In this document: one piece after another, positions 1 through 18,307 of the stretch
Position numbering within the stretch: position 1 is the stretch's first letter
Layout: each line of letters opens with the position of its first letter
Origin: Lingula anatina
Taxonomy: Eukaryota > Animalia > Brachiopoda
Reading direction: 5' to 3'
NCBI GenBank assembly: GCA_051362555.1
Contig: CM120645.1
Location: 24,084,934-24,148,933, forward strand
DNA: 64,000 nucleotides
Program-made: the position numbers and the translations under genes
The notes under the pieces: generated by a model
The model's input: only the letters and a program-made list of their open reading frames with translations
What the model was told of the DNA's origin: nothing
Database searches by the model: none

Positions 1-3000
1 ACCTGAACAGGTAATTCAGCTGCGGAGTCTGTCAGAGTGAACAGACGAAACTATCAACAACTGAGATCCAGTGAAACTATTTTGAGAGTCATTGCAGTAA
101 TTTTGAAATGATTCTTGCATATTTTGTTTTAATGAGTATAGAGACAATGTGGCTGTCCACATAGTCCATGTGATATGTCAATTGAAAGCATGTGCATGTA
201 CGCACACAGGCACACACACATACGATATTATTGTTTTGCAGGTGAAGAAGTTGTCAGAAGCTGGCAAGGATGGCACCATAGAAATATTCCAGCAAAGAGA
301 AAAGCTGATCAACAAAGTCGTAGCAGACAAACAGGATCTCCTGGCGGATCTCATGGAAGATAATGGTACAAGTTTGTTTTGGTTGATGATAAAGAGCATT
401 CATCTTATGAATACATGTTAAAGTAGATATCTAGAGTTTGGTTGAATATATAGAAGATTCAGCCTATTAATACATGTTAAAGTACATATTTTGTAAAGTA
501 AAGGTCCCTTGGTGATAAGAAGGATTTTGCTGTTCTCAAATGCTACAGAAACTGTCAATATTCTGGTGTTACTGGCCAGGTACTCATGTTTTGTGTTACA
601 AGCAATAATTTGCCTTTATTTGGCCCAGTAATGAGTCACAAATAGTCAAATAAACAAGATTTTTTCGTATAAACATTATTCAGTGGTACCAGAAGTTGAC
701 AAGTCCTTCCAGAAACAGACAGAGGTCGCCACCTTCAAGCCTCAAGTGGAAAGAAAAAAGAAAAAGAAGAGAGAAATCCGATTCTTTGTCTCCAGCACTT
801 TCAGAGACTTCAAAATGGAAAGGGAGGAGTTGATTAAGAAAATATTTAGAGAGGTGGGTGAAGTCACTTAAAAAAAATTTACTTACATGTCTTTTTGATT
901 TTTTTTTACATAGTGCAGTGAATTATAGTTTTGCTAATTACGTTTTCTTAAAAAGAGCAATAACATATACTGGAATTCACATATACTGAGTAATTAAGTC
1001 ATCAAAACCTGAGTACATGTACTCAAAATTACTATGACAAAATCCTTAGCAAATTTGGTTAAAATTAGTAGTCAGAAGACATGTAGTATTTTTTTGCTGG
1101 AACTGTTATGATATTTATTTTTATATATTTCAGATCAACCGGGTCTGTGCTGACAGAGGGGTACAGTTTACCTATGTTATAATATTTATTCTAGTAGAGG
1201 CTTGTGATATCTATTTCTATACCTGTATATTTCAGATCAACCGTGTCTGCGCTGACAGAGGGGTACAGTTCACCTATGTGGACCTGAGGTGGGGCATCAC
1301 AGAACAACAGTCAGAGACTGGGGAAACCATTGCTATCTGCCTGAATGAGGTAACATGCTAGATGTAGTATTAATCTGTTGATTAAGTTTTACTGACAACT
1401 GCAGAGTCATTGTACAAAATGTGAAGGCTTGTAGCCAGCAATTTGAAATGGGTGGTTCTTTTTCTGAAAAAGTGGACTTTTCACAATGAAACCTTTGCGC
1501 CCTTAGATAAAATTTTAACCAGATGGGACCTTTTCCCGGCAAAAAAGAGGTTCTTTCAAACCCTGCGAACCCTCCCCCCCCCCCCCCCCTTGGGTGTTGA
1601 AAAAATGATCAAAGTTAAACTCATTTCCTTGCAGAAAGAGAAGTAATCCAGTGCCAAATTAATTACACAATTCCTTGTTTTTCTTTCTTCTCCTAGATTG
1701 ACAAGTGTCGTCCCTATTTCATGTGTATGCTGGGAGAGAGGTTTGGGTGGTCACAGAAGGAAGAAAAACCTGACGCTGCTCTGGACAAGAGTTTTGATTA
1801 CGCCATAGAGAAGTACCCTGCTAACATGGCCTGGATCAAAGATTTCAGATTTGACACCAGTGTCACTCAGGTGATTACATCATGATTCAAATGATACCAC
1901 ACACAAGTGGTAGACTAGGCAGACTGATGCATTGAATTAAGTTTGAAACTATAGTAATGAATAAGGAGAATTTGTAAAACTGTGCAAAGTAGAGAGCCGT
2001 TAAAATTTTCTAAGTAATTCAAAAATTAGATCCTCACTTTATGTTTAAAGTCATGTGAGGGTCTCACAAAGGCTTGTATGAATGTGTGAAATGTGACGGG
2101 TGACACTCCAATACAAAAGAGAAGACTGTATTTGTACTCATACGGTTGATTTATTGTCTCTTTACACAAACTTGTGTGACGCTACTTATGTGTGTATGGT
2201 TCAAATCTGTAAATAAAATAAAAGAAAAAATGCTTAAATAACTGACAAAAAACCTAGAGCACATTATATATAGAAATAAAGAAACAGACAGATAAATAAA
2301 TATTAATAAAGTGAATACATTAAATAATGAAGAAAAATGACACTTCTTTTGAATTATCCACGAGTCCACACCCAAATTTTACTGAGACTTGTAAATACCA
2401 CAATATATTTCCCTAAAACTAAATTTTCACTCAATATGAATTTGATAGTAACAATGACAGTTGTTAAAAGCAAAGTACATGAAACTTACAATTTTTTTGT
2501 CCTCCTTTTGTATGACAAATTTCTATCTTCTTGGATGTCTGCATAAACTCAACTGCTTGCACCTAAGCTGTCTGTCTAATCAACTACTCATGCTAAGTGG
2601 TAAGTGGCAGTGCCTATTATTAATAGGGGTGTGTGGACTATACTATATGGTAGGGGTGACAGGTTATGTCCTTTACATTAATTTTTTTTGATTAAATGTG
2701 AGAAATAGTCTTAAAAGGCCCATTTATTTCAATAGAATAATCTTCAAAGCTTTTTGAAAAATGAGCAAAATTGTTTACATTTATGTAAATGAATAACAAA
2801 TTTATCTTCAGTCAGTGCACAGCAAAATAGTAGTTCTGGTTGAGAGAATTGATCCTGAATTCATCAGATTTATTTTTCTATATAACTTGATGACAATGTT
2901 GATATTTCCTTGCAGCTGGAAGTTCTGCATGGTGTTTTGAGGGATGTTGATAAAAACAAGCACAGGAGTTTCTTCTACATGAGGGAGCCAGTAGAAGAAG

Positions 3001-6000
3001 GATCAGAGTATGAAGGGGATCAGAAAGTAAAATACTTTTTTTTTTGAAATTTTGCAATTTGGTTTATAAACTGTTTTGATAAATGTCACAATAATTTCAA
3101 GTTTATATACGTAGTATAGACCTTTGTTATAAGACCAGTGCCATGCACTTGAATAATATAAATAATATTTAGATCTGATTTTTTTTGCCTCAAGATGTTG
3201 AAATGTCAGATTAGTAGGTCATTGGCATAGAAATATAAGTATGAGGGGACCTCAGCTTTGATGACATACTTAATGCATGTGTTTATAGTTCATCATTATT
3301 AAAATATGTACATGTAGTAATGAAGGTGGTATATTTCAGATCTACCAGCCAGAGAGTGACTGGCACGCAGAGAAAGTCCATGCACTGCGTAAGAGAGTGG
3401 CAGAGACTAAGGAGCTTAATGTGAAGAAATACAGGAGTGTCCAGGAGATATGTGACTTTGTCAAACAGGTACAGTTTACTCATGCCTCTTAGACCACATT
3501 CACATTGAGTTGAGCCATGGATCTACAAAGTCACGAACTAAATATGGCGGACGTACATGAAAGGAAAACCGCCTAATCTTTTAATAGTCTCCCTGCCTCT
3601 CACACGCCTCCCCATGTGTAGTCCCAGTGGAGCCGAGATTTAATGACTGTATCCCCAATTAACTCGATGTGAATGCAGTCTTACTAAAATAGGGTCAATT
3701 TTGAAGTAAAACCTTAAATTCCTCTTTTTACTGAGTATATGCTCCGGATATTGGGGGACCTGAGTAAATGGTAAGCAGTGGATTTAAAGAAAAAGATTTA
3801 AAATTAATATTTATTTTTATTTAAAGGATTTCCTGAATGTGATTGACATGGACTTCCCCAAGGGGACAGAACTTTCTCCACTGGACAGAGAGCGTGAGGC
3901 ACATGAAGCCTTCGCTGAAGTCAGGAGGCGTGTGTACATTGGTGGCAAGGACTATTTTGATGCCATTGATGCATTCATGGCCAAGGATGAAAATGTGCCA
4001 TTTGTACTGCTAGGAGAGTCTGGTAAGATGATTGACTAATTTTATTTTATTGCATTTTATGCTACTTCACTTTTGGCCACACAGGAGGATTCCTTATTTT
4101 AATTTACAGATTGAATTCTTTCTTCTTTAATTTGATATTAAAATACGGTTTCATCATCTTAAGAATTCAGCCAGGGCAACTTTTATATTAGCAAAATTTC
4201 ACACCTATATAGATGTATAGTTTATAATACCTGTGTAAATTGTCCAGGGTCGGGGAAGTCTGCCTTGGTGGCTAACTGGGTGGGAAAGCTGATAGAGAGA
4301 GAAACAGAAGCCTTCATCTTTGTTCACTTCATTGGCAGTTCAGCTGAGAGTGCTTCTTATATCAAACTGCTCAGGAGGTGAGATAACCTTTAACTTTAAA
4401 ATCTCGAATTGTTTTAAAGATCATTAAAGTTAATATCTCATGAAATGGAATTAATGTATGATATTATTTGGATTTATGATGAATTTGAGACGTTTTTTTA
4501 TTTGAATTCCTTGGATACAATGATCTTATGAATAAATAAAATAATAATAATAATAAATATGTGTATTACATATATTTGAACAAAACTTAATATCACTTGA
4601 CCTGAAGTTAAAAGGAATAACATGCCAAGTTTTCTGCTGGAAAATTTATAACAATTAACTGTCGTAATAGTGACTCCATCTTGCAAATGACATTTATTTT
4701 CATTTTTAGGTTGTTTGAAGAAATGAAGAGATTCTACGGCTTCGACCTCCCCGTGCCATCCTCTGATAACAACCTGATCAGTGAGCTGCCGCAGTGGCTG
4801 AGAATGGCGGGAAAGAGGGCCAAGTGCTTCATCATCCTCGATGCTCTCAACCAGTTGGATGATGGCTCTGGTGAACAAGGTATCGTTTTATATTTATTGT
4901 ATATGATACTCAAAAGATATACAGTGTATATGGGAAATGAATGTGTTTTATAAAAGTTTCAGTTGGAGCTGTTGACATATTTAAATGAAATGCCACCATT
5001 TTCAAGAATGTGAAAATTCGTCTTGTAAATGAAAGTCAGAAGAAATAACTAAAAAGTAATAGGAAAGGCAGCTGCTTAAATATAATATGATTAAGACCTA
5101 TACACTGTGTGGAACTTGTCTTTGAACCTCTCTTTTCTCCACATCATTTAGGCAGTGAGCATGATCTGCAATGGCTGCCTAAAGAGCTGCCCCCTGGTGT
5201 GAAGATGCTGCTGTCGACATTGCCAGGGCGTGTAAGTGAAATCTACAGACAGTCATTGATGACCCTTTTTACATTATAAAAAATTCCTTTAAGGTTTACT
5301 GTCTTAAGATATTGACTGCAGTTTGCTAGCTCTCATCATATGTCTAGATGATAATTCTTCTGTCAATTTAACTCTATTTTCTCTGTGTAAAGAATTGATA
5401 TAAGCAATATTTATTACATTAAAAATTTAAACATACATGTATATATATATATATTCAAATATTCAAACAGTGATTAAAAAAAAAGAAATACAACAAATGA
5501 CAGTACTAGTCTTGAGTATCAAGTAACCATCTAAATATTGTTCAGTTTGTTCATGATTGATTTACTTGAGAGGATACCGTACATCCATATATTACTCAAT
5601 ACTACTGTACTATTACCTGTATATTTCAGGCCCTGCAAGCAGTTCAGAATGCTGGTTTACCCAGTCTCCATGTGAAACCACTCCAGAAGGAAGAGAAGGG
5701 AGAAATCATTGTAGGCTACCTGACTAATTTCTACGGCAAGACACTGAAGCAGGAGTTGACGCAGTTGATCATTGATGCGGAACCCACCAATAACGCTCTC
5801 TACTTGAGATCTCTGCTGGATGAGGTGATAATGTCTTGCTGTACCCCTCTCCTAGCCTGTATCAAATGAACTCAAAATAGTGTCTGTTTTAGTGCTGATA
5901 TTGTCTAATATTTTACTAGTCGATAATTACATCAATATTTACAATGTATTCATTTTAGAATAGAATAAAGTTATGGTGTATATAGGCCTAGATATTGTTT

Positions 6001-8299
6001 GATAGACTATATCTTTATTGTAATTGTTTTCATTTTCAGAGAGGGCTATACTGTATATAGTATATATCAGTGCAGGTTATTATATCAGTGCATTGTGACT
6101 GATGTTATTGATTTTTGATATCTTTGTTGCTGATCATGAAGATCTCCGATATTCACTCTTCCAGGTCCGTCTGTTTGGCAGTTTTGAGCAGCTGGGTAAC
6201 AAGGTTCGAGAGTATCTGACTGCAGGGACACCTGGTGATTTGTTTGCAAAGATACTGGCGAGACTGGAGGGCGATTTTGAGGACGAGAGCAGGTAGAACT
6301 TCGCAAAGTCATATTTTGATAGAAGAATTCCTCAAGATGAATCAAATGAAACGTGAAATATGACTTATTTTATGAGAGATAGCACTGTAATTTTTGTGTT
6401 TGAATACTCAGTTGGAGTTTGCATAAATCTTTAAAAAGAGGTGCCTGCTTTAGAAGTTTCTTTATAGTAGACTATTGTAGAATTTATATCGGCCCTTTTC
6501 TGTTTTCTTAAATGGTGTTTTATATGTTAGTTACATGAAACAAAATCTAGAACTGACTTTTGTGGTTTTTGTCTGTTGATATTTGTTATCATACTAAATA
6601 TTAATTGCTTAACTTCTTTTTGCTAACTTTGATATGTAAGAGTTGTTTGAACGTTGTAGACCAGAGTGTGAGATGTTTGAAAGTCAGTCACAAGTTTACC
6701 ATTAGACAAGCCTTTTATGTCTTGCAACCTTTTAATCCTTTTTTTCTGATAGGCCTGGCTTGGTAAAGGACACCACTGCTGCCATCTGGTGTTCACACAA
6801 AGGAATGTCTGAGGGAGAACTCCGGGACCTGCTGGATGTATGTATTACCAGGAATTTATGGTTTATTTGAAAAGTACATTTTAACTTTAATATGATATTA
6901 TTACATGTGATATACTATGCATTAAAATTACAGTAAAATCTACTTTCTTAAATGACTTGATGACAAAGCCTTGTATTTTTTATAAAATATTTTTTAAGTC
7001 ATTGGTAAGCTCAACCACTGGTCCAGTCACTACAGTACTGAATTGTAATTTCTTACGATTACACAAACAATATCTTTTTTTGATTAAAATTTAAAGCCAG
7101 TTTAAAGCATTCTGCTGCTATACTATATTTTAGATCTAATGAATTATAAAAAAATTCACCAGGTGCCGCCAGCAGTCTGGTCGCCATTTTATCTCTCTCT
7201 GGAGGACAATCTGGTGAACAGAAATGGAATTCTCAACTTCTTCCACGACCATCTTCGTCAGGCTGTGGAGAGTAAATATCTCCCCACTGAGGAGGAGAAG
7301 TTGAAAGGTTACAAAACACTGGCCGAGTTCTTTGAGAAAAGAGAACTGGATGGCAGGAAGGTGGGGCAGATTTTATTTTATTATTAAGGGACTAGTTTTA
7401 AGGAAAGTACTGTAAATATTTTTTTTTAGCAGTATGAAAAATGTCATTTTAATATTATGACATATGACCATTCAAACTGTACAGGGTTTGGTGCAAATTG
7501 TGTTGTTATTTTAGAAAGAAACCCTCCCCCCCACCCCCAAATGCTCCTGTTATTATGTGTTCTTATATTTCTTATATTTCAGGTCGAGGAGTTGCCTTTC
7601 TTACAAAGTAAAGCTGGTGAACTTGAAAAGCTGCAAGCAACAATCAGTGACTTGAATATCTTCAAGAGATTGGTGGAGAGTGAAGATGGCAAGTTTGACC
7701 TCATCAAATATTGGACAAAGGTAATGCGGAAATTATAGCGATAAAAATTATGTCAGGCAAAGTAAAAGGTAAAAAATAATGACACACTGGTTCTTGAAAA
7801 AGCTATAATTTATACATTTAAACAGTTTTAATAAGGTTTTGCAGTTGTTTAAGCAGTTATAACTTAATGACTGAAAGCAATATTGTTATATTATAAACAC
7901 CAGAATTTTGAATACACTCACTTTATCAAAAGCAAAACAAAAACAAAACAGGGGGGGAGTTTGTAGCAAATGTCAACCTATACCGGCAGGGTATGAATAT
8001 TTCTATAATACTAACACTCTAACATGCATAATGGGTAATTAAAAAAAGCATATTTCTACATATTTCGTAGGTTTACACATTATTTATTCTGTTATTTCCA
8101 TGCCGTCAGGTGGGTGGTTACAGTAAGGCAGAGGAGGCGTACACAGCGGCCCTGGACAGTTACTCTGCAGACCAGAGAGACACAGTGGAGTATCATGCAC
8201 TACAGGTCAACCTGGCTGACTTCTACATGGATACTGGGCTACTGAGTGCTGCCAGGTAACTGGATGGCGCTGAGAGGGATCTTTTTGCCTCAAAATAAG

Positions 8300-8356
<57 letters not shown>

Positions 8357-10981
8357 ACTGATATTCATTAGATGAACTAACATCATTGTTTAAAATATTT
8401 AAACTTCATTAGCTGCCAGGGAAGACATTTAGATTCAAGATCAAATACTGAGGCCTAGAGCATCGTGGAGGGAAATGGTGATGAATTTTAATTAAGATAA
8501 TGTAGATTTTAGAAAACAATTTTGAAAACCCATAGTGATTTGAATTATGCAAGGAATATCTTGAGCATTAGGAGAAAAGCAACATTTTTAGCTGATTTAA
8601 CAAGTTAGCTTTAATAGTGTCAATACAGGCCCGTAGCCAGCAAATTCAAAAGGGGGGTTCTTTTTCTGAAAAAGTGGACCTTTTACAATGAAACTTATGT
8701 GTTCCTAGATCAAATTTTACCCGAAATGGACCTTTTCCTGACAAAAGGGGTGGTTCTTTCTAACCCCCTGAACCCTCTGGTTACGGGCCTGCAATAAAAG
8801 CACAACTCTAATGTTATCTAGTACTGTTGCAGAGTGATGCTAGAGAAGGTCCTGGCTAAGGCAGAGGAGAAGTACATTCACAGTCATGGCACTGTGGTCT
8901 ACAACTTCAAATGTCACTCCTGGAGACACAAGTCCAACCACCCAGACGTCATTGATGTAAGGCTTTTAGCGATAATATTTCTTTGTCACCTTTATGTGAC
9001 TACCCAGTGTTTCTTTATTTTTGATGACAAGATGAAAACAGGTGTTTGGAACAAGTACAACTCTGCTAGTGAATGTTCTTCATAAATAAATCATACAGTA
9101 AATAATAGTATATTAGGTAGTACACATAATCAGTATAACATTTGGGACCCTGTAAAAACAGTCAAAATTGGGAGCTTGTTCAAAGAAATTCATTTCAATA
9201 CTTAATTAATCATAATTATTCCTGTGTGTTTTAAAAAGGTATAAATATATAAAACTGAGATATATAAAACTCAAATTTCCAGTTGCTCCAGAAACTTGGC
9301 ACAGTGTGTCACAAGCAGAGTGTGCTCAGGGAGGCAGAGTTATACTTCAACGATGCCATTGCCAGACAAAACAGGATAATTACACCTTCACAGAAACTCA
9401 AGGTAAGCTTGTTAGGTGCATGGTTCAAGTTTCAGTATAACTGATTGGTATTTCTATATCAGTGTAAGAGATATTTATGTACTTGTACCAGTATTAAAAA
9501 AGGTATATTAGTTGGAAAATTTACTGATTTTGTGTCGACCGCAGTTTAATTGAAATAACAGTTTATGAACAGATGTTTTGACAAAGGTTGTTATTACATA
9601 AGTTGTATTGTGTATTGTATTACATAATTGTATTGTGTATAATCTATAGTTTTACTTATATATCTTGGCAAGATGTTTTCTCTAATTTGTTTTAAAACTT
9701 TATTTTTTAGTTGACAGAAGGTCTGCTGGGCCTGGCTGCTGTTAAGGTATCCAAAGATGAAGCCATTCAAGCGAAGAGAATCCTGATCAGAGCTCGGGAG
9801 TTGGCCACTGAGGTGTTAGGATCCAGACATCATTATGTCTCCGCCATCATTAACAAGGTGGGCAACAGTGACTTGTTCGTTTTGCTTTTGAGAATTGTAT
9901 TTGTGAAAAACAGGTGTTTCGTTCTCATTGAATCTTATTCAAATTAGTCATTGAACAGTTCCAGTGTATTCCCTTCCCGTAATGTTAACAGAATCCACAG
10001 CATTTTACAGTCTTAAAACAATCAACTGTTCAAACCAAAACAGCATGTGTTTTCCGAAGTCATCCTAATACCCATTTTCTCCTTCCCAAGTCTTAGTGAA
10101 AATTTAAGTTTAAAAATAAGATAATATAAAATACGTTAAACATGGTTTTCTCCCTCTCCCTTCAGATTGGCCAGTTAACCTACAAGCAGGGCAGACTGGA
10201 GGAGAGCCTAGGGTACTTCCTCCAGGACCTGAAGTTGACCCGTGGGGAGGTGGGGACAGCACACCCCAGGGTGGCAGGAATACTGAATGACATTGCACTG
10301 GTCTATGATGACGGCAACGACCCCCTGGCGGAGGAGCTCTACGAGGCAGCATTGGCCGTGCTTGTGGAAACCTACGGCCCCGAGCACCTGGATGTGGCCA
10401 TAGTGAGGTGGGAGGGGCTTGTTATTATAATGAGGTGGGAGGGGCTTAATATAATAGTGAGGTGGGAGGGGCTTGTTATTATAATGAGGTGGGAGGGGCT
10501 TAATATAATAGTGAGGTGGGAGGGGCTTGTTATTATAATGAGGTGGGAGGGGCTTAATATAATAGTGAGGTGGGAGGGGCTTGTTATTGTACTGAGGTGG
10601 GAGGGGCTTGTTATTATAGTGAAGTGGGAGAGGGGCTTAATATAATAGTGAGGTGGCAGGGGCTTGTTATAATAGTGAAGTGGGGGAGGGGACTTATTCC
10701 TATGCTTTAAGTAATTTGTTGCATTGCTAAAATATTAGGAAGCAACCTTTGTCAAACAGTTTTTCCAAATTGTAACAAAAATTGCTAAAACCCTTGTAAT
10801 TTTATATGTTATTTCCAGGTACAATCTTGGAGCAGTGTACTTTGCAACCAACCATTTTGCCAAGGCTAAGTACCAGTTTGAGCACTGTGCAGCCACATTT
10901 AAAGCCTTCCTTGGAGAAGACCACGTCCAGACTAAGGATGCCCTCAGTGCTCTGAATGACGTAAAGGGATTGGTCAAATAA
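1..10981 (+). CDS. DUF4062-NACHT-TPR protein (NPHP3/TEP1-like STAND NTPase), ~21 exons, 5' end outside window
   Basis: GT-AG exons at approx. 242-365, 684-853, 1236-1349, 1697-1870, 2916-3026, 3340-3468, 3827-4022, 4248-4377, 4710-4879, 5152-5231, 5630-5824, 6165-6292, 6753-6837, 7163-7360, 7583-7720, 8110-8255, 8833-8956, 9283-9401, 9711-9857, 10167-10407, 10819-10981 (TAA). Motifs: IRFFVSSTFRDF..EREEL and VDLRWGITE (DUF4062), Walker A GESGSGKS split by an intron, Walker B FIILDALNQL, TPRs HPRVAGILNDIALVY and HLDVAIVRYNLGAVY. Confidence 0.88.
1430..1590 (+). mobile_element. Degenerate copy of the CAGGCCCGTAGCCAG MITE family
   Basis: Shares GTAGCCAGCAA..GGTTCTTTTTCTGAAAAAGTGGAC..ACAATGAAAC with the copy at 8626-8791. 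Confidence 0.7.
3492..3680. mobile_element. PIF/Harbinger-type (Tourist-like) MITE
   Basis: TIRs GACCACATTCACATTGAGTT and AACTCGATGTGAATGCAGTC, with TTA on both sides. Related internal sequence (AACTAAATATGGC) at ~60560-60720. Confidence 0.75.
8309..8352. repeat. (GA)n microsatellite
   Basis: Read directly. Confidence 0.95.
8626..8791. mobile_element. hAT-like MITE with 5-bp TSD
   Basis: TIR CAGGCCCGTAGCCAG ... CTGGTTACGGGCCTG, with CAATA on both sides. Confidence 0.8.
10399..10695 (+). repeat. 27-bp minisatellite (~11 units, 54-bp dimer) starting at a splice donor
   Basis: Alternating ATAGTGAGGTGGGAGGGGCTTGTTATT and ATAATGAGGTGGGAGGGGCTTAATATA units. Confidence 0.95.
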
Positions 10982-12348
10982 TAAGATAGCTTTCGTGTTT
11001 AAGATACAGAAACATTTAAGACATGAACAGGATATTCATATGGATCTTGGACAAGGTCTTATAGGTGAAATTGCAGTTTGTAATCTCTTTTTCACCTGGC
11101 AGCTGCTATATTTAATTGCAGCTGAAATTTAATGTGATATACTGTACTGTTTAACAAAGTGATATTTACACATAACAATTTACACGGAATTCCTATATAT
11201 AGAATAACAGTGTGATATTTTTTAAGGGTAAACATTTTAGGGTCACATTTTATATTTCTTTCTTACATTCCATCTCTGTCAGTTTTAAGTCAGCGCTTTT
11301 CCGTCCATTGTCTATTTTTCTTGTTAAATATCTGAGTATTATATAAACTGTGATGTCAAATATTTTACTTCCCTTTTATAAATACTTTATTGTTAGATGT
11401 TTTGCTATATACTTCTTTTAGTTTTTGAATGTAAAACCATGTTACTCAATTATGATGTTCTATTTTCTTTAATTTGGTTAATGGTAATTTCTTTTTCTTA
11501 TAATTTTAGTATCTCCTGTTTTGCAGCATAAATCTACATGTTCAGGGCACCTGTTGCAATCCTAATGAGTTTTTATATACGGAGAGAATATTAACTCCAG
11601 ATTCTTTTTAGACAATTGCAATACTTAAGTTCTGTATGTTTAAGTAAATTAAATGGCAATCATTGGACAAATGCTCTCCTTTGTTGTATTTTTTCACGAT
11701 TTTAATAATGTTTATTATACTGTTGTATGTTATTTTATATATTTTACTTATAAAGTGGATGTTCTGTTAGTCAGAGTACTCAGTAGTACTTAATTAGTAC
11801 AGGTGTGCAGTCATAACTTATAAGTACTTATTTAACAGAAGTAAACGTGTATGTTAAGTTGTTATTCATATTTTGTGGATGAAGAATTTTGCTTTAAAAG
11901 AATTGCATAATTTCTACTGGTACCTCTGATATGCAGATTTGTGATATTTCACTTACTTTTAAGTGTTGATAGTGATACCCGATTTACAAAAAAATGAACA
12001 TAAACAAAAGCTGTGATGACTGTTTGTAATCAGTGTGGTATATGTACAATATATAAACTTTGATCAATTAAAGACATACACAGAAGTACTAGTACCATGT
12101 TTAGTTTTATTGCCACTTAAGACATGATCTACAAAACAGATGAAAAGGCATCTCTCTCAAAAACATTTGTTTTTCATTTTCTTCTAATAAAATAATGCTT
12201 TCTGTCTAAAGCTTTCTGTCTAAATTAATGAATGAATATATTTTATGTATCTGTGCAACATGTATGTTGCTCCATGTATAAGTACAGTATACATGTCCCT
12301 AGGCTAATGTACTACTACACGTATTCTTGACATAATCCAGCAGTTCTA

Positions 12349-17991
<5,643 letters not shown>

Positions 17992-18307
17992 GGTTTTCCG
18001 TACAATGGACAGTTTATCTATCTGTCAGCAAGAGGCATTGCTCCGGTAATTCTGTGTTGTCTTCTGCTTTCAGCTTAGCTTATTACGTGATGTACAGCGA
18101 CCTCTGCAACAAGAAAAGCCAAATCCGGTGAAGTTTATTAAGACATATAAAGGGTTCATACCCTAAGACAGATTAAAATGAGCTTACTTAAATATCTAAA
18201 ATATATTTATAAAAAACTGTAATCACCTAAAACATGAATGTCATTGTTATTAAAAAAGAGCATCTTTATTTTGAGCGCCCTCTATTCGGCTGCAGAGCCG
18301 CACAAGC
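17992..18307. promoter_or_regulatory. Probable bidirectional promoter (KLHL / TSR2)
   Basis: The divergent ATGs are only ~316 bp apart. Confidence 0.65.

Noticed and set aside
10399-10695. CRISPR-like array
   Set aside because: No unique spacers, no cas genes, eukaryotic intron; it is a minisatellite.
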